This document shows, piece by piece, positions 53,906 through 63,668 of a DNA stretch of 64,000 nt. The DNA lies in IMG/VR virus record IMGVR_UViG_3300028800_000086, positions 5,873 to 69,872 of that record, one strand, 5' to 3'. Position numbers and translations under genes: made by a program. The DNA comes from a virus. Within the stretch, counting starts at the first letter, position 1. Each line of letters starts with the position of its first letter. The notes beneath the pieces are model-generated. The model saw only the letters and a list, made by a program, of their open reading frames with translations. It was not told the origin of the DNA and searched no databases.

Positions 53906-56682
53906 TCCAACTCCGTGTTCGCACCGAATTCTCCTTCCGTCAGGTCTATGGGCCGATACCGAAGGTCGTTGAGACGCTGGCCGCGATCGGGACGAAGTCG
54001 GCCGCGATCGTCGACCCGTCAACATGGGGGCACGTTCGCTTTATGGAAGCCTGCAACAAAGCTTCCATAAAGCCGATGTTCGGAACCGAAGTCAAGGTAT
54101 CGACGACGGATGGACGCGAGCCGATCGCCTGGGCGATCGCGGAGGACACGCGCGCCTTCTATCGCTTTTCGTCGGAGGTTCGGAAGGAAGGCGCGAACGT
54201 CATCGACCTTCTTCGAAACGTCAAGGGCGTTATCCGGTTCGCTGGCGCGGCACTAACCGATCCGGACACGTTCGACTATATCGACCTGAACCCGTCGAAC
54301 CCGCTCGCCTTCCTCAACTCGTTGAAGCTGCACGAGGCGACCGGCAAGCCGTTAGTGGTGACCGGCGACAACTACTATCCTCGCATCGAAGACTACGAAA
54401 TTTTCCTGGCGATGGGCGGTCGTGAACGAATGACGCCGCAGCATATTCTTTCCTCAGTCCAGCTTCGGACTGCGCTGGGCCGGCTCAGTGATAAGCGCTG
54501 GAAAGCCGCTATCAAGACCGGCGACGAGATCGCGGAGCGCGCGGCCCACAAGCTCGCGACCGCTCCCCTTATTCAGGTCAAGGGCGATTTCCGCAAGATG
54601 GTTGAGGATGGCAAACGGTCGCGCTTAAAGCGCGGCCATCTGACAAGCTGGCCGAAGGAATACGCCGCGCGGCTCAAGCGCGAGATCGAGACGATTGAGG
54701 AGAAGAAATATCAAAGCTACTTCCTCGTTGTCGCGGACCTAGTCCAATGGGCTAAGACGCGGATGCTTGTCGGTCCCGGCCGCGGCTCCAGCGCGGGTTC
54801 GTTGCTCTGCTATCTCGCGGGCATCACAGAGGTAGACCCTATCCCGCACGGCCTTCTGTTCGAGCGCTTCGTTGACCTTAACCGAAGCGACCTTCCCGAC
54901 ATCGACATCGATTTTTCCGACGTGAAGCGCGACGAAGTCTTCGAATATCTCGCGACCAAGTACGGCGCGGAGAACGTATCCCGCATCGGCAACATCTCGA
55001 CGCTCCAGGCGAAATCCGTCCTGGCGCAGGTTTGTAAACGTCTCGGCATCCCCGACTACGAACGCTTCAACTTACTGAACGTTCTAGTCGAGCATTCATC
55101 CGGCGACGAACGCTATGGCAAGGGTATCGAAGATACCTTCCTCAACACCGATATCGGCAAGTCGTTTATCCGGCGCTACCCTGCCGCCGCCCTAGCGACC
55201 GCGCTAGAGAACCACGCCAACCACACGTCAGTGCACGCCGCGGGCGTTATCGTCTCGATGGAACCCGTCATTGAATTCTGCACCGTCGGCCCGGACGGCG
55301 TCGCGCATATCGATAAGCCCGACGCCGAGAAACTGAACCTTTTGAAGATCGATGCGCTGGGGTTGCGGACGTTAGGCATCATCGAGGACGCGGGCGTAGT
55401 CACTAACGAGGAATTATATGCGCTCAAGCTCGACGATCCGGGCGTGCTCGATATCTTCAACCGCGGGCGCTTCGCCGCCGTGTTCCAGTTTGAAGGCGCG
55501 GCGGTCCGTCAGATCAGCGCGCAGGTAAAGGTGACCGACTTTAGCACCATCGATAACCTGATTGCGCTCGCCCGGCCGGGACCGTTAGGCGGCGGCGCGG
55601 CCGATCACTACATCAAGCGGAAGGCCGGAACCGAAGCGATCACAACGCGCCATCCGCTGATGACCGAAATTCTCGACGAGACGTATGGCGTCGTGCTCTA
55701 CCAGGAACAAGTGATGCGGATCGTCCGCGAGCTAGGCGGCTTCTCCTGGGAAGACACGTCGACCATCCGCAAGGCGATGAGCGGACGTAAGGGCGAAGAA
55801 TACTTCAACAAGATGGGCGAGCTATTCATTAAGGGCGCGAAGGCGCGCAAGATCGACGCCGAGACGGCGGACGGCATTTGGCGTGAGATTTGTACCTTTG
55901 GAGCGTGGGGCTTCAATAAGTCGCACAGCGTTTCCTACGGCATCATCTCGTATTGGACCGCCTATCTCAAGGCGTATCATCGCCTGGAGTTCGCGGCGGC
56001 ATGTTTGCGCGGCGCGAAAGACGATAACAGCGTCACCGATACGCTGCGCGAGATGACCGACGAAGGCGTCGATTATACCGCCTTCGATATAGACAAATCC
56101 GAAATGGATTGGACCGTTCAAGACGGCAAACTGCTCGGCGGCTTCCTCAACCTAGTCGGCATCGGCCCGGCGAAGGCCCAGATGGCGATCGAAGCGCGAG
56201 CCGCAGGAAGGCTGGACCGGGAAAAGTTCGGCGCGATGGAAGTGAAATTTTCTGAGCTCTATCCGCTCAAGAAGAAATACGCCGCGATCTACGCTAACCC
56301 GGAGGCGTTCGGTTGCGCGGAAGGTTCGCGCGTTCTGACGTCAAACGAATTCCCGGAGGAAGGCGGCAACGTCCTATACATCGGCAAGCTCCAACGCAAA
56401 AGGCCGTCCGACGCGAACGAAGCGGTGCGCGTCCAAAAGCGCGGCGGCAAGGTCTACAAGGGCAATACGCTGTTCGTCGACTTCGAATGCCGCGACGATA
56501 TGGGCGAGAAGATATTGTGTCGGGTCGATCGCCAAGACTGGGAGGACTTCGGCAAGCACGCCAACGATCGCCTGGTGGTGGGAGATGATCTGATGATCCG
56601 CGGCCGGCGTATTCCGGGATACTCGATGATAAAGGTGATCCGGATACGTTGTCTCAATCGACCTGACGCGCTGGAGGTTTAA
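53902..56682 (+). CDS. dnaE: DNA polymerase III alpha (family C, DnaE-like)
   Basis: GPGRGSSAGS, PDIDID, HAAGV, KIDALGL, YQEQVM, FNKSH; PHP metal ligands degenerate. Confidence 0.95.
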   Translation: MIQLRVRTEFSFRQVYGPIPKVVETLAAIGTKSAAIVDPSTWGHVRFMEACNKASIKPMFGTEVKVSTTDGREPIAWAIAEDTRAFYRFSSEVRKEGANVIDLLRNVKGVIRFAGAALTDPDTFDYIDLNPSNPLAFLNSLKLHEATGKPLVVTGDNYYPRIEDYEIFLAMGGRERMTPQHILSSVQLRTALGRLSDKRWKAAIKTGDEIAERAAHKLATAPLIQVKGDFRKMVEDGKRSRLKRGHLTSWPKEYAARLKREIETIEEKKYQSYFLVVADLVQWAKTRMLVGPGRGSSAGSLLCYLAGITEVDPIPHGLLFERFVDLNRSDLPDIDIDFSDVKRDEVFEYLATKYGAENVSRIGNISTLQAKSVLAQVCKRLGIPDYERFNLLNVLVEHSSGDERYGKGIEDTFLNTDIGKSFIRRYPAAALATALENHANHTSVHAAGVIVSMEPVIEFCTVGPDGVAHIDKPDAEKLNLLKIDALGLRTLGIIEDAGVVTNEELYALKLDDPGVLDIFNRGRFAAVFQFEGAAVRQISAQVKVTDFSTIDNLIALARPGPLGGGAADHYIKRKAGTEAITTRHPLMTEILDETYGVVLYQEQVMRIVRELGGFSWEDTSTIRKAMSGRKGEEYFNKMGELFIKGAKARKIDAETADGIWREICTFGAWGFNKSHSVSYGIISYWTAYLKAYHRLEFAAACLRGAKDDNSVTDTLREMTDEGVDYTAFDIDKSEMDWTVQDGKLLGGFLNLVGIGPAKAQMAIEARAAGRLDREKFGAMEVKFSELYPLKKKYAAIYANPEAFGCAEGSRVLTSNEFPEEGGNVLYIGKLQRKRPSDANEAVRVQKRGGKVYKGNTLFVDFECRDDMGEKILCRVDRQDWEDFGKHANDRLVVGDDLMIRGRRIPGYSMIKVIRIRCLNRPDALEV

Positions 56683-56683
56683 C

Positions 56684-56899
56684 ATGGCTGGATGGATTGG
56701 CCACGTCGTTAACGATAAATCGGAATACATCGGTCTTGAACTTCTCGCAAACCGGGGAGCGGTCGAAGCCGTCGAGGAATTGGTTTTCGTTTTGCTTCTG
56801 ACGACGACGAAGGCCCAGAGGAAAAAAGCACTAGACAGATTTTACACCTGCCGGCGCGGCGAAAAGCCGTGGCCTAAATTCTGGAAGCCTGAAGAATGA
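56684..56899 (+). CDS. Hypothetical protein
   Basis: GGAGG RBS. Confidence 0.55.
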   Translation: MAGWIGHVVNDKSEYIGLELLANRGAVEAVEELVFVLLLTTTKAQRKKALDRFYTCRRGEKPWPKFWKPEE

Positions 56900-57318
56900 G
56901 AAAGCCCGAACAACGGCTGTGGGACGCGATGCGTCGAAACATCGGGCCGCAGGTCCTGATGAAGCGCGTCGAGAATTACCTGGAAGCCGGAATGCCTGAT
57001 ACGATCGCCCTATCGCGCGGTCATGTAACCTGGATTGAAACGAAAGTCGGCCATTGGCCTGCGCGGGCGACGACGCGCATCCAATGGAATCATCCGCTAC
57101 AAATCGAGCAATGCAACTTTCATCTCGACTGGCGTCAACAAGATGGTCATTCGATTATCGTCGCGGGCATCGGCGACGAAATTTTCATGATACCGGGTTC
57201 GAACGCCGACGATTTCAATAATTTGAAAGGCCATCACATGATTCATCATCGTTGCGATTGGCGGCATCTCGCCAAATATCTGAAAGGCGATCGCCTTTTA
57301 AGGAGCGCTGTGAAATGA
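56896..57318 (+). CDS. PD-(D/E)XK nuclease (VRR-NUC/resolvase-like)
   Basis: E...GMPD...WIETK...Q motif before SNF2 helicase. Confidence 0.75.
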   Translation: MRKPEQRLWDAMRRNIGPQVLMKRVENYLEAGMPDTIALSRGHVTWIETKVGHWPARATTRIQWNHPLQIEQCNFHLDWRQQDGHSIIVAGIGDEIFMIPGSNADDFNNLKGHHMIHHRCDWRHLAKYLKGDRLLRSAVK

Positions 57319-58823
57319 AAACGACAGGGATGGCGCATCAGCTTACCGCCTTGCGCCGGATGAACGGCCGCAAGGGCTTCGGTTTGTTCATGGAGCAAGG
57401 GACGGGCAAAAGCTGGACGATGCTAGCGGACGGCGAACGTCTTTATAGCGCCGGCCTAATCGACGGCATGCTAGTCTTCGCGCCGAAAGGCGTCCATACC
57501 AACTGGATACTCCGCGAGATACCCACACACATGAGCGAGCCCGTTATCGCCCGGGCGTGGGCGAGCGGAATGGGGATGGCGCAGAGACGGAAGGTGATGG
57601 AGCTATTCAAGCAGCGAGACGAAGACGAGCAACCGCCGCTCCGCATCCTGGCGATGAATTACGACGCTATCAACACCAACGACGGCTTCGCCTTCGCCAA
57701 GCAGTTCCTTTTATCGACGAAGGCGATGATCGTCGCGGACGAAAGCTCGCGCATCAAGAACCCGAAATCCGAACGCACCAAGGCGCTGATGAAGCTTCGT
57801 GACTTGGCCGTTTATCGCCGGATCGGAACCGGCACGCCGATCCCGAACGCGCCGACCGACGTTTTCGCACAGATGGAATTCCTCGAAGACGGACTTTGCG
57901 GCACGTCGAATTATCGCGCCTTCGTCGCGGAGTACGCGAAGGTCATCCCGCCCGATCATCCGATGATGCGAAAGATGATCCAGAAGAACCCGCGCATGGC
58001 CTGGGCGCAGATCGTCGAGAAGGACCCGGAGACGGGCCGTCCAATCTGGCGCAACATCGATAAGCTCCAACGTATCCTGGAGCCGCACACCTATCGCATC
58101 CTGAAGAAGGATTGCTTGAAGGATTTGCCGGAGAAGATACCGCCGAAAAATATCTATTTCGAAATGACGCCGTCCCAGCGTAAGGCGTACAAGCTCATGG
58201 ACAGTAAGTTCCGCATCGAGATGGAAGACGGATCGATAAAGACCGTCAGCAAACTCAACTCGATTAACAAGCTTCAGCAGATCACGTCGGGCTTCGTCCT
58301 AGTCGACGGCAAGGCGATCTACGTCGAAGATAAGAACCCGCGATTGAAGGCGCTCCTCGAATTCAACGAGTATCAGGACGCGCCCTATATCGTCTGGGCG
58401 CAATTCCGCGAGGAGCTACGCGCGATCGCCGCCGCGTTGCGCGAGGCAGGACGCCGCGTCGTCGAGTATCACGGCGGCATCACCGACCAGCGTCAACGCG
58501 ATAAAAATGTCGACGACTTTCAGAGCGGAAAGGCCGACACGTTCGTCGGCCAGCCGCAATCCGGCGGCATCGGGTTGACGCTGACCGCGGCGGAAGCGGT
58601 CGTCTTTTATTCGAACGGATACAATCTCGAAACCCGGTTGCATGCCGAGGATCGGCCGCATCGCATCGGGCTGCGGCATCCCGTCGCTTATTATGATATC
58701 GTGGCCGCGGGCACCGTTGACGAGCCGATAGCATGGGCGCTGCAGTCGAAGAAAGACGTTGCGCATGCTATCCTCGATCCGGCTTTCCAACGGCATCTTC
58801 TGCGACTATCGTTAGCCGCCTAA
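57315..58823 (+). CDS. SNF2-family helicase
   Basis: EQGTGKS, ADESS, TGTP, GIGLTL, EDRPHRIG. Confidence 0.9.
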   Translation: MKTTGMAHQLTALRRMNGRKGFGLFMEQGTGKSWTMLADGERLYSAGLIDGMLVFAPKGVHTNWILREIPTHMSEPVIARAWASGMGMAQRRKVMELFKQRDEDEQPPLRILAMNYDAINTNDGFAFAKQFLLSTKAMIVADESSRIKNPKSERTKALMKLRDLAVYRRIGTGTPIPNAPTDVFAQMEFLEDGLCGTSNYRAFVAEYAKVIPPDHPMMRKMIQKNPRMAWAQIVEKDPETGRPIWRNIDKLQRILEPHTYRILKKDCLKDLPEKIPPKNIYFEMTPSQRKAYKLMDSKFRIEMEDGSIKTVSKLNSINKLQQITSGFVLVDGKAIYVEDKNPRLKALLEFNEYQDAPYIVWAQFREELRAIAAALREAGRRVVEYHGGITDQRQRDKNVDDFQSGKADTFVGQPQSGGIGLTLTAAEAVVFYSNGYNLETRLHAEDRPHRIGLRHPVAYYDIVAAGTVDEPIAWALQSKKDVAHAILDPAFQRHLLRLSLAA

Positions 58824-58841
58824 GAAGAAAGGATAACGAGC

Positions 58842-59171
58842 ATGCCCAACGTCTACGTTCCTCAAGTCCCTAGCCGGATGAAATCAGGCATCTGGGTGCC
58901 GCAAGTCGACATTAGCGCCGCGCGAAAGTTCGGTGACGTGATCGAGCTTCTACCGCCAGAGGCGAGCCGGCTTCATGTCGCGCCGTTGATCAGCGTGATC
59001 CGCGAGAAGATGAAGAACTACACGAGCGACGATTACATCGTTGCTCTAGGCGATCCGTCGATCATCGCGATCGTCGCCTGTTTCGCGTATGCGAATGCCG
59101 GCTCGACGCTTCGCATCCTGAAATGGGATCGCCAGACCGGCGACTATATCCCTGTGGAGGCGCGGCTATGA
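58842..59171 (+). CDS. Conserved hypothetical protein
   Basis: A.KFG, DYIVALGDP, LKWDR motifs. Confidence 0.65.
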   Translation: MPNVYVPQVPSRMKSGIWVPQVDISAARKFGDVIELLPPEASRLHVAPLISVIREKMKNYTSDDYIVALGDPSIIAIVACFAYANAGSTLRILKWDRQTGDYIPVEARL

Positions 59172-59674
59172 GCGCGCAGATCGCGAAGATGGCGCGTCTT
59201 CTCGTGGCCGCGCTCGCGGACGTAAAGGATTGCGAAGCCGCGTTGGCGAAAGCGGAGGAGAAGAAGAAGCGACTGGAGCGCCAATCGCTTCCGGACCTAA
59301 TGAAAGAGTTCGACATGACTTCGACTAAGCTTAGAGATGGCACTAAGGTCGACATCTATGAAGACCTAGAGTGCGCGATCACCGAGGCGAACCAGGAAGC
59401 GGCGCTGAAATGGCTCAAGTCTAACGATTGTGGCGGCATTATCAAGACCGTCATCAGCATCGAATTCGGTCGTGACGAATTGGAAGCCGCCGAAGCGTTA
59501 GCGGCGCAGATAAGGAGGTTGACAAATCAGCCGATCAACGTCAGCGAGAAAGTTCATTGGCAGACGTTGAAGTCGACGATCCGTGAGTTGCGTGAGAAGG
59601 GCGTAAACGTTCCGTTGAATCTTTTTTCGATCTTTCCCTTTTCCAGGGCGAAGATCACACCACCGAAGAAGTGA
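59168..59674 (+). CDS. Replication-module protein (coiled coil + VHWQTLK motif)
   Basis: LPDLM, A..WL....GGIIK; upstream of SSB-like gene. Confidence 0.6.
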   Translation: MSAQIAKMARLLVAALADVKDCEAALAKAEEKKKRLERQSLPDLMKEFDMTSTKLRDGTKVDIYEDLECAITEANQEAALKWLKSNDCGGIIKTVISIEFGRDELEAAEALAAQIRRLTNQPINVSEKVHWQTLKSTIRELREKGVNVPLNLFSIFPFSRAKITPPKK

Positions 59675-59681
59675 AAGGAGA

Positions 59682-60545
59682 ATGACTATGGCTACGAAGA
59701 AAACGACCGGAAAGGCACTCGCGCCGTCCGGAGGAAAGTCGGTCACAACGACGAAAGGCTTTCGCGCCGACGCGGGGCGAGGCTTGGAAGGGGCGACGCA
59801 GGAAGCGTTCGCCGTCCCGTTCCTGATCGTCCTGCAGAAAGGATCGCCGCAGGTCGACGAAGCGTCACCCGAAATGATCAAGGGCGCGAAGGCCGGCATG
59901 TTCTTCGAAAGCGTCAGCAAGAAATTCCACGACGGCAAGAAGGGCATCATTTTCATTCCCTGCGCCTATCGCTGGGTCTTTCTTCGCTGGGGACCGCGCG
60001 GCACCGACAACGCCGGCTTCAAGGGCGAACTGAAACCGGCCGATGTGGAGGAGATGCGCGCCAAGGGCGAGATCAAGGAAGGCGACCGCGGCCGGCTCTA
60101 CGTGCCGCTCGAAAACGGCACGATCAACGAGAAGAAGTGTGATCGCGTCTCCGACACGCGCAATCACTACGGCCTGCTGGTCGACCCGGAAGCCGAGGAA
60201 TACATTCGCATTCTCCTGTCAGTGTCCTCGACGCAGATCAAAAAGAGCCGGAACATGAACACTGCGCTCGACAACATCCGCGCCCAGGACGAAGAAGGCC
60301 GGTACAAGCCGCCCACCTTCTCCCAGAAGGTCAAGTTGACGACGGTCGCGGAAGCCAACGACCTGGGTTCCTGGTTCGGCATCGACTACGCGCTGGCGGG
60401 CGGTCTGGACCCTGACAACGAATTCGAAGCCGGTCTGTACGCAGCCGGCCGCGCATTCAACCAGACGGTAAGCAAGGGCCAGGTCGTCGCGAACTACGAT
60501 CAGGCCGGCGAAGGCGGCGCCACCGAAGATCGGAAGGGGTTCTAG
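59682..60545 (+). CDS. Putative ssDNA-binding protein
   Basis: PFLIVLQKGSPQV, STQIKKSR, N..GSWF; acidic tail ending in F; high codon bias. Confidence 0.55.
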   Translation: MTMATKKTTGKALAPSGGKSVTTTKGFRADAGRGLEGATQEAFAVPFLIVLQKGSPQVDEASPEMIKGAKAGMFFESVSKKFHDGKKGIIFIPCAYRWVFLRWGPRGTDNAGFKGELKPADVEEMRAKGEIKEGDRGRLYVPLENGTINEKKCDRVSDTRNHYGLLVDPEAEEYIRILLSVSSTQIKKSRNMNTALDNIRAQDEEGRYKPPTFSQKVKLTTVAEANDLGSWFGIDYALAGGLDPDNEFEAGLYAAGRAFNQTVSKGQVVANYDQAGEGGATEDRKGF

Positions 60546-60555
60546 CAGTCAACTC

Positions 60556-60607
60556 ACACTGCCGGTCCGGAACCCGCTTCCCTCCTCCGGACCGGCAGTG
60601 TATTTTT
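60556..60607 (+). terminator. Intrinsic terminator / 16-bp hairpin
   Basis: ACACTGCCGGTCCGGA / TCCGGACCGGCAGTGT then ATTTTT. Confidence 0.75.
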
Positions 60608-60622
60608 CAGAAAGGATAGAAG

Positions 60623-60967
60623 ATGAATCACGCAGTGGTAATGATATGCGCGGAAAGCGTTCGTCAAGAAATCAAGGACGAACCCGATTTGATCAAGCGC
60701 ATCGAGAAGGCTTTCGCCGCCGCGAAGGGCTTTTTCATGTCGACTGATGAAAACATTCGCTTCAACGGTGCGCTCGCCGCCGTTCTCCTGGAGACGATCG
60801 ACGAAGCCGAGAAGGCGCGCGTCATCGCTTCCAAGAAATCCCTCGACAAGCTGAACGCAGTCTTCGTCGCGGCTCGCGCCGGGATGGCTGTCGACCTGAC
60901 GGCCGCCGATATGCCCGCGAAGGATAACATCCCGCTTCTTCGACTGTGGCAAGATGCCGCGGCTTGA
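60623..60967 (+). CDS. Hypothetical protein
   Basis: AGAAAGGA RBS. Confidence 0.6.
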   Translation: MNHAVVMICAESVRQEIKDEPDLIKRIEKAFAAAKGFFMSTDENIRFNGALAAVLLETIDEAEKARVIASKKSLDKLNAVFVAARAGMAVDLTAADMPAKDNIPLLRLWQDAAA

Positions 60968-60978
60968 GGAGATAGAGC

Positions 60979-61185
60979 ATGGCGATTAGCGACAACTGCG
61001 AGACGGAGCGCGCGTTGCTTGAAGCGCTGTTCGACGTAGGCCAGCGTTGCGGCGCGGGCGGCGGCTTCGATCGGCTTCCCTGGTTGCGTTGGCAGCGCGA
61101 CGTAATTCAAGCGGTCGTCTTCCACGAACCTATCATCCAGCGATCGCTGCTCGCGGATTACAAAAAGGAATTTTCCAATGGCTGA
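60979..61185 (+). CDS. Hypothetical protein
   Basis: GAGGAG RBS. Confidence 0.5.
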   Translation: MAISDNCETERALLEALFDVGQRCGAGGGFDRLPWLRWQRDVIQAVVFHEPIIQRSLLADYKKEFSNG

Positions 61186-61411
61186 ACTTCCTCCGACGCC
61201 GACTTGCCCCTACTGCGGCAAGACCCATCACCTTCAGAAACCTCAGTCGGAAATCATCTGTACGCGCATCAAGTCGCTAGAATACGAATTCGATCAGCGC
61301 GGCGCGACACGCGTCATCAAGCGTATCGAATTCCATCCCATGGACATCCAAGGGAATTTCATAAGCGTGCCGACGATGTTCGTATCGGGAGGCGACGATG
61401 AAAGTCGGTGA
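61178..61411 (+). CDS. Small zinc-binding hypothetical protein
   Basis: CPYCGKTH...C. Confidence 0.55.
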   Translation: MAELPPTPTCPYCGKTHHLQKPQSEIICTRIKSLEYEFDQRGATRVIKRIEFHPMDIQGNFISVPTMFVSGGDDESR

Positions 61412-61832
61412 TGAACTAGATTTGACCTTGGCGGGAAATGAAACGGTCGGAATTCGCGTCACCCGTTCGTTCGCCCTGCCGACGATCGAATACGATTGGC
61501 GCGATCGGAAGGCGGAAGGTCTAACGCCACTTACGGCGAATTGGTTCAGGCGGGCGACGACGCCGCGCGCGGACGGATTGCGCGTCTTGACGCCGCCGCG
61601 TCGCCGCGAACGGTTCACGAAGTTGACGCGCGTCCTCGCCGTCGTCGTCGTGACGCTTTTCGTCTTGTGCGTCGCGGCCTACGCCCAATCCGGCACCGTC
61701 GCCTTCTGCCACAACGCCATCCGCCTATTCGTCGGCGGCAAGGTCGTCTTCGATTGGGTCGCGATCGCGAGTTACGCGATGAACCCTAACGAACACATTT
61801 GCCAGATCGCCTGGGCGGCGAGGCAGTCATGA
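61398..61832 (+). CDS. Hypothetical membrane protein
   Basis: GGAGG RBS; one TM segment. Confidence 0.5.
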   Translation: MKVGDELDLTLAGNETVGIRVTRSFALPTIEYDWRDRKAEGLTPLTANWFRRATTPRADGLRVLTPPRRRERFTKLTRVLAVVVVTLFVLCVAAYAQSGTVAFCHNAIRLFVGGKVVFDWVAIASYAMNPNEHICQIAWAARQS

Positions 61833-62023
61833 CCGCCTGGATACTCACCATCGTGATCGCCACAAGCGGCGGTTTTAACGGTAGCCCCGCGATCACGTCA
61901 CAGGCGATGATCTACCCCGACCGCGAGCTTTGCGACAAGGCGCTCGCCGCCCACGTCAAGATGATGGGGGACGCGGCGCGCGTCTTCGGGACCTGCACCG
62001 AAAGCTGGAGGAGGTTGCCGTGA
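61829..62023 (+). CDS. Hypothetical protein
   Basis: MTAWILTIV...C...C; ATGA coupling. Confidence 0.55.
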   Translation: MTAWILTIVIATSGGFNGSPAITSQAMIYPDRELCDKALAAHVKMMGDAARVFGTCTESWRRLP

Positions 62024-62436
62024 AACAGCGTGACGCCCTACTGGCACTGGCCGCTCGATGCGAAGCGGAGGGGCCGAGCCGCGAATTGGACTGTTACATC
62101 CATGCGGCCCTGATCGTGAAGGGAGCGGTTCGTGTTGTCGATCCTCCGATCTTCATAGAGCGCAGATATTACGCGCTGCCAGATGGAAGCACGGCAGACT
62201 GGATCGGTTACGATTTGCTGAACATCTCGGCGCGTTACACCACCAGCCTAGACGCCGCCGTGACGCTCATTGTCGATGGCGTCGAGTGGTCGGTGAGCAA
62301 TCTGTACCACGTAGCCCGCGCCGAGGTTGGGTTGAACCTCAACGGAGGGCCGAACTATGGCGAACACAAAGGGGCGTTGATGGCGCTCGCCCTGTGCGCC
62401 GCCGCCTTGCGCGCTCGTGCGGAGGAGGGGGCATGA
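62020..62436 (+). CDS. Phage hypothetical protein, paralog of 38239-38634
   Basis: LLALAARCEAE.PS..LD...YTTSLDAA...AAALRA. Confidence 0.6.
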   Translation: MKQRDALLALAARCEAEGPSRELDCYIHAALIVKGAVRVVDPPIFIERRYYALPDGSTADWIGYDLLNISARYTTSLDAAVTLIVDGVEWSVSNLYHVARAEVGLNLNGGPNYGEHKGALMALALCAAALRARAEEGA

Positions 62437-62660
62437 CCAAGAAGAAGGGCGATCACGAAATTGATTTCGGCGGCATCGACATCACGATCAAGGATGTCGT
62501 CGTCGCCGCCAGCGGTGGCTACGACATCAGGCGCGATCCTGTGACGGGCAAGTGGCTGCGTCGCGACACCAGAACCGAGTTGATCAACGGCGTCCTCGTC
62601 ACAACTGACAGCGGCGAATACGAGGTCCCAAGCCTATTCGGTGACGAGGAGGGGGCATGA
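62433..62660 (+). CDS. Hypothetical protein
   Basis: GGAGG RBS; coupled both sides. Confidence 0.5.
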   Translation: MTKKKGDHEIDFGGIDITIKDVVVAASGGYDIRRDPVTGKWLRRDTRTELINGVLVTTDSGEYEVPSLFGDEEGA

Positions 62661-63043
62661 CCAAAGACATCGAAGCCGAACTTGAGGCGCTGCTGAAGAA
62701 GGCAACGCCGGGGCCGGTTGTAGTTCATCGTCGCGACGGCGAGGATGGCAGCATCAACTACGAAGTGTGGACGGAGAGTGCCGAGAATTACGAGCGGCAT
62801 TTCACGATATACGAGGCATACGACTCCAAACGCGGCAAGCATGATGCCGAATTGTACGCCGCCGCCCGGAACCACCTCCCCTCCCTCCTCGCAGACCTGA
62901 AACGGATGCGGGAGGCGCTGGAGCAATGCTCGGCTGAGTGGATGTCGCCGCCATGCACGGTCGCAGAAGGGGCTGCCTATCTATATGAAGAATTTGCTCG
63001 ACGCGCAGAGGTCGCGCGCGCAGCACTGGGGAGCACAGGATGA
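62657..63043 (+). CDS. Ead/Ea22-like protein
   Basis: L..KATPGP...DAELYAAARNHLPSLL. Confidence 0.6.
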   Translation: MTKDIEAELEALLKKATPGPVVVHRRDGEDGSINYEVWTESAENYERHFTIYEAYDSKRGKHDAELYAAARNHLPSLLADLKRMREALEQCSAEWMSPPCTVAEGAAYLYEEFARRAEVARAALGSTG

Positions 63044-63363
63044 CACAGGATAGCCTTCTGCCGTGCCCGTTTTGCTCGAGCACTGATGTGAAGCCGCGCA
63101 ACGATGATGTGGCCTATTTGCCGCCAGCAACACGCTACGTTCTTTGCCGGGGATGCGGTGCGTCCGGCGCGAATGTAGAGACGGAAGCCGAAGCCATCGC
63201 CGCCTGGAACCGCCGTGCCCCGGATGCCGCACTGGAAGCGCTGGAGAAGATCGACAAGTTCATTGAGGCGTTGAAGCCGAGCAAGCCGGCCAAGGAAATG
63301 TTGGCAATTCAAGCCGAGGTCCGCGCCGCCCTCTTCCTCTACCGCCAGCGGAGCAAGACATGA
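63040..63363 (+). CDS. Lar-family restriction alleviation-like protein
   Basis: LLPCPFC...C..CGA...EAIAAWNRR. Confidence 0.75.
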   Translation: MTQDSLLPCPFCSSTDVKPRNDDVAYLPPATRYVLCRGCGASGANVETEAEAIAAWNRRAPDAALEALEKIDKFIEALKPSKPAKEMLAIQAEVRAALFLYRQRSKT

Positions 63364-63647
63364 GAACAGCAACCATGATTGATCGAAAGCGTCTATGGTT
63401 GGCAAGCGCCCTAACGTGGGTGGCGGCTTTCGTTGCGCCTCGTCCGATGGGGCCAATTTGCCGCGCTTACGGCAAGATGCTCCAAGCCTTCCCCGTCCAA
63501 CTCAAACAGGGGCGAACTTTTGGCGTCATCACTATTCCGTGGGCCCTTGGCAGTAACGACAGGGGCAAGGCAATGACGATGCAAGAGCGCGCCATCGAAG
63601 CCGCCACCCGTGCTCGCGAAGGCATCGAGACTATTTCACGTGACTGA
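63360..63647 (+). CDS. Hypothetical protein
   Basis: ATGA-coupled ORF. Confidence 0.4.
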   Translation: MRTATMIDRKRLWLASALTWVAAFVAPRPMGPICRAYGKMLQAFPVQLKQGRTFGVITIPWALGSNDRGKAMTMQERAIEAATRAREGIETISRD

Positions 63648-63668
63648 TAACTGAAAGGAGCTTTTGCA

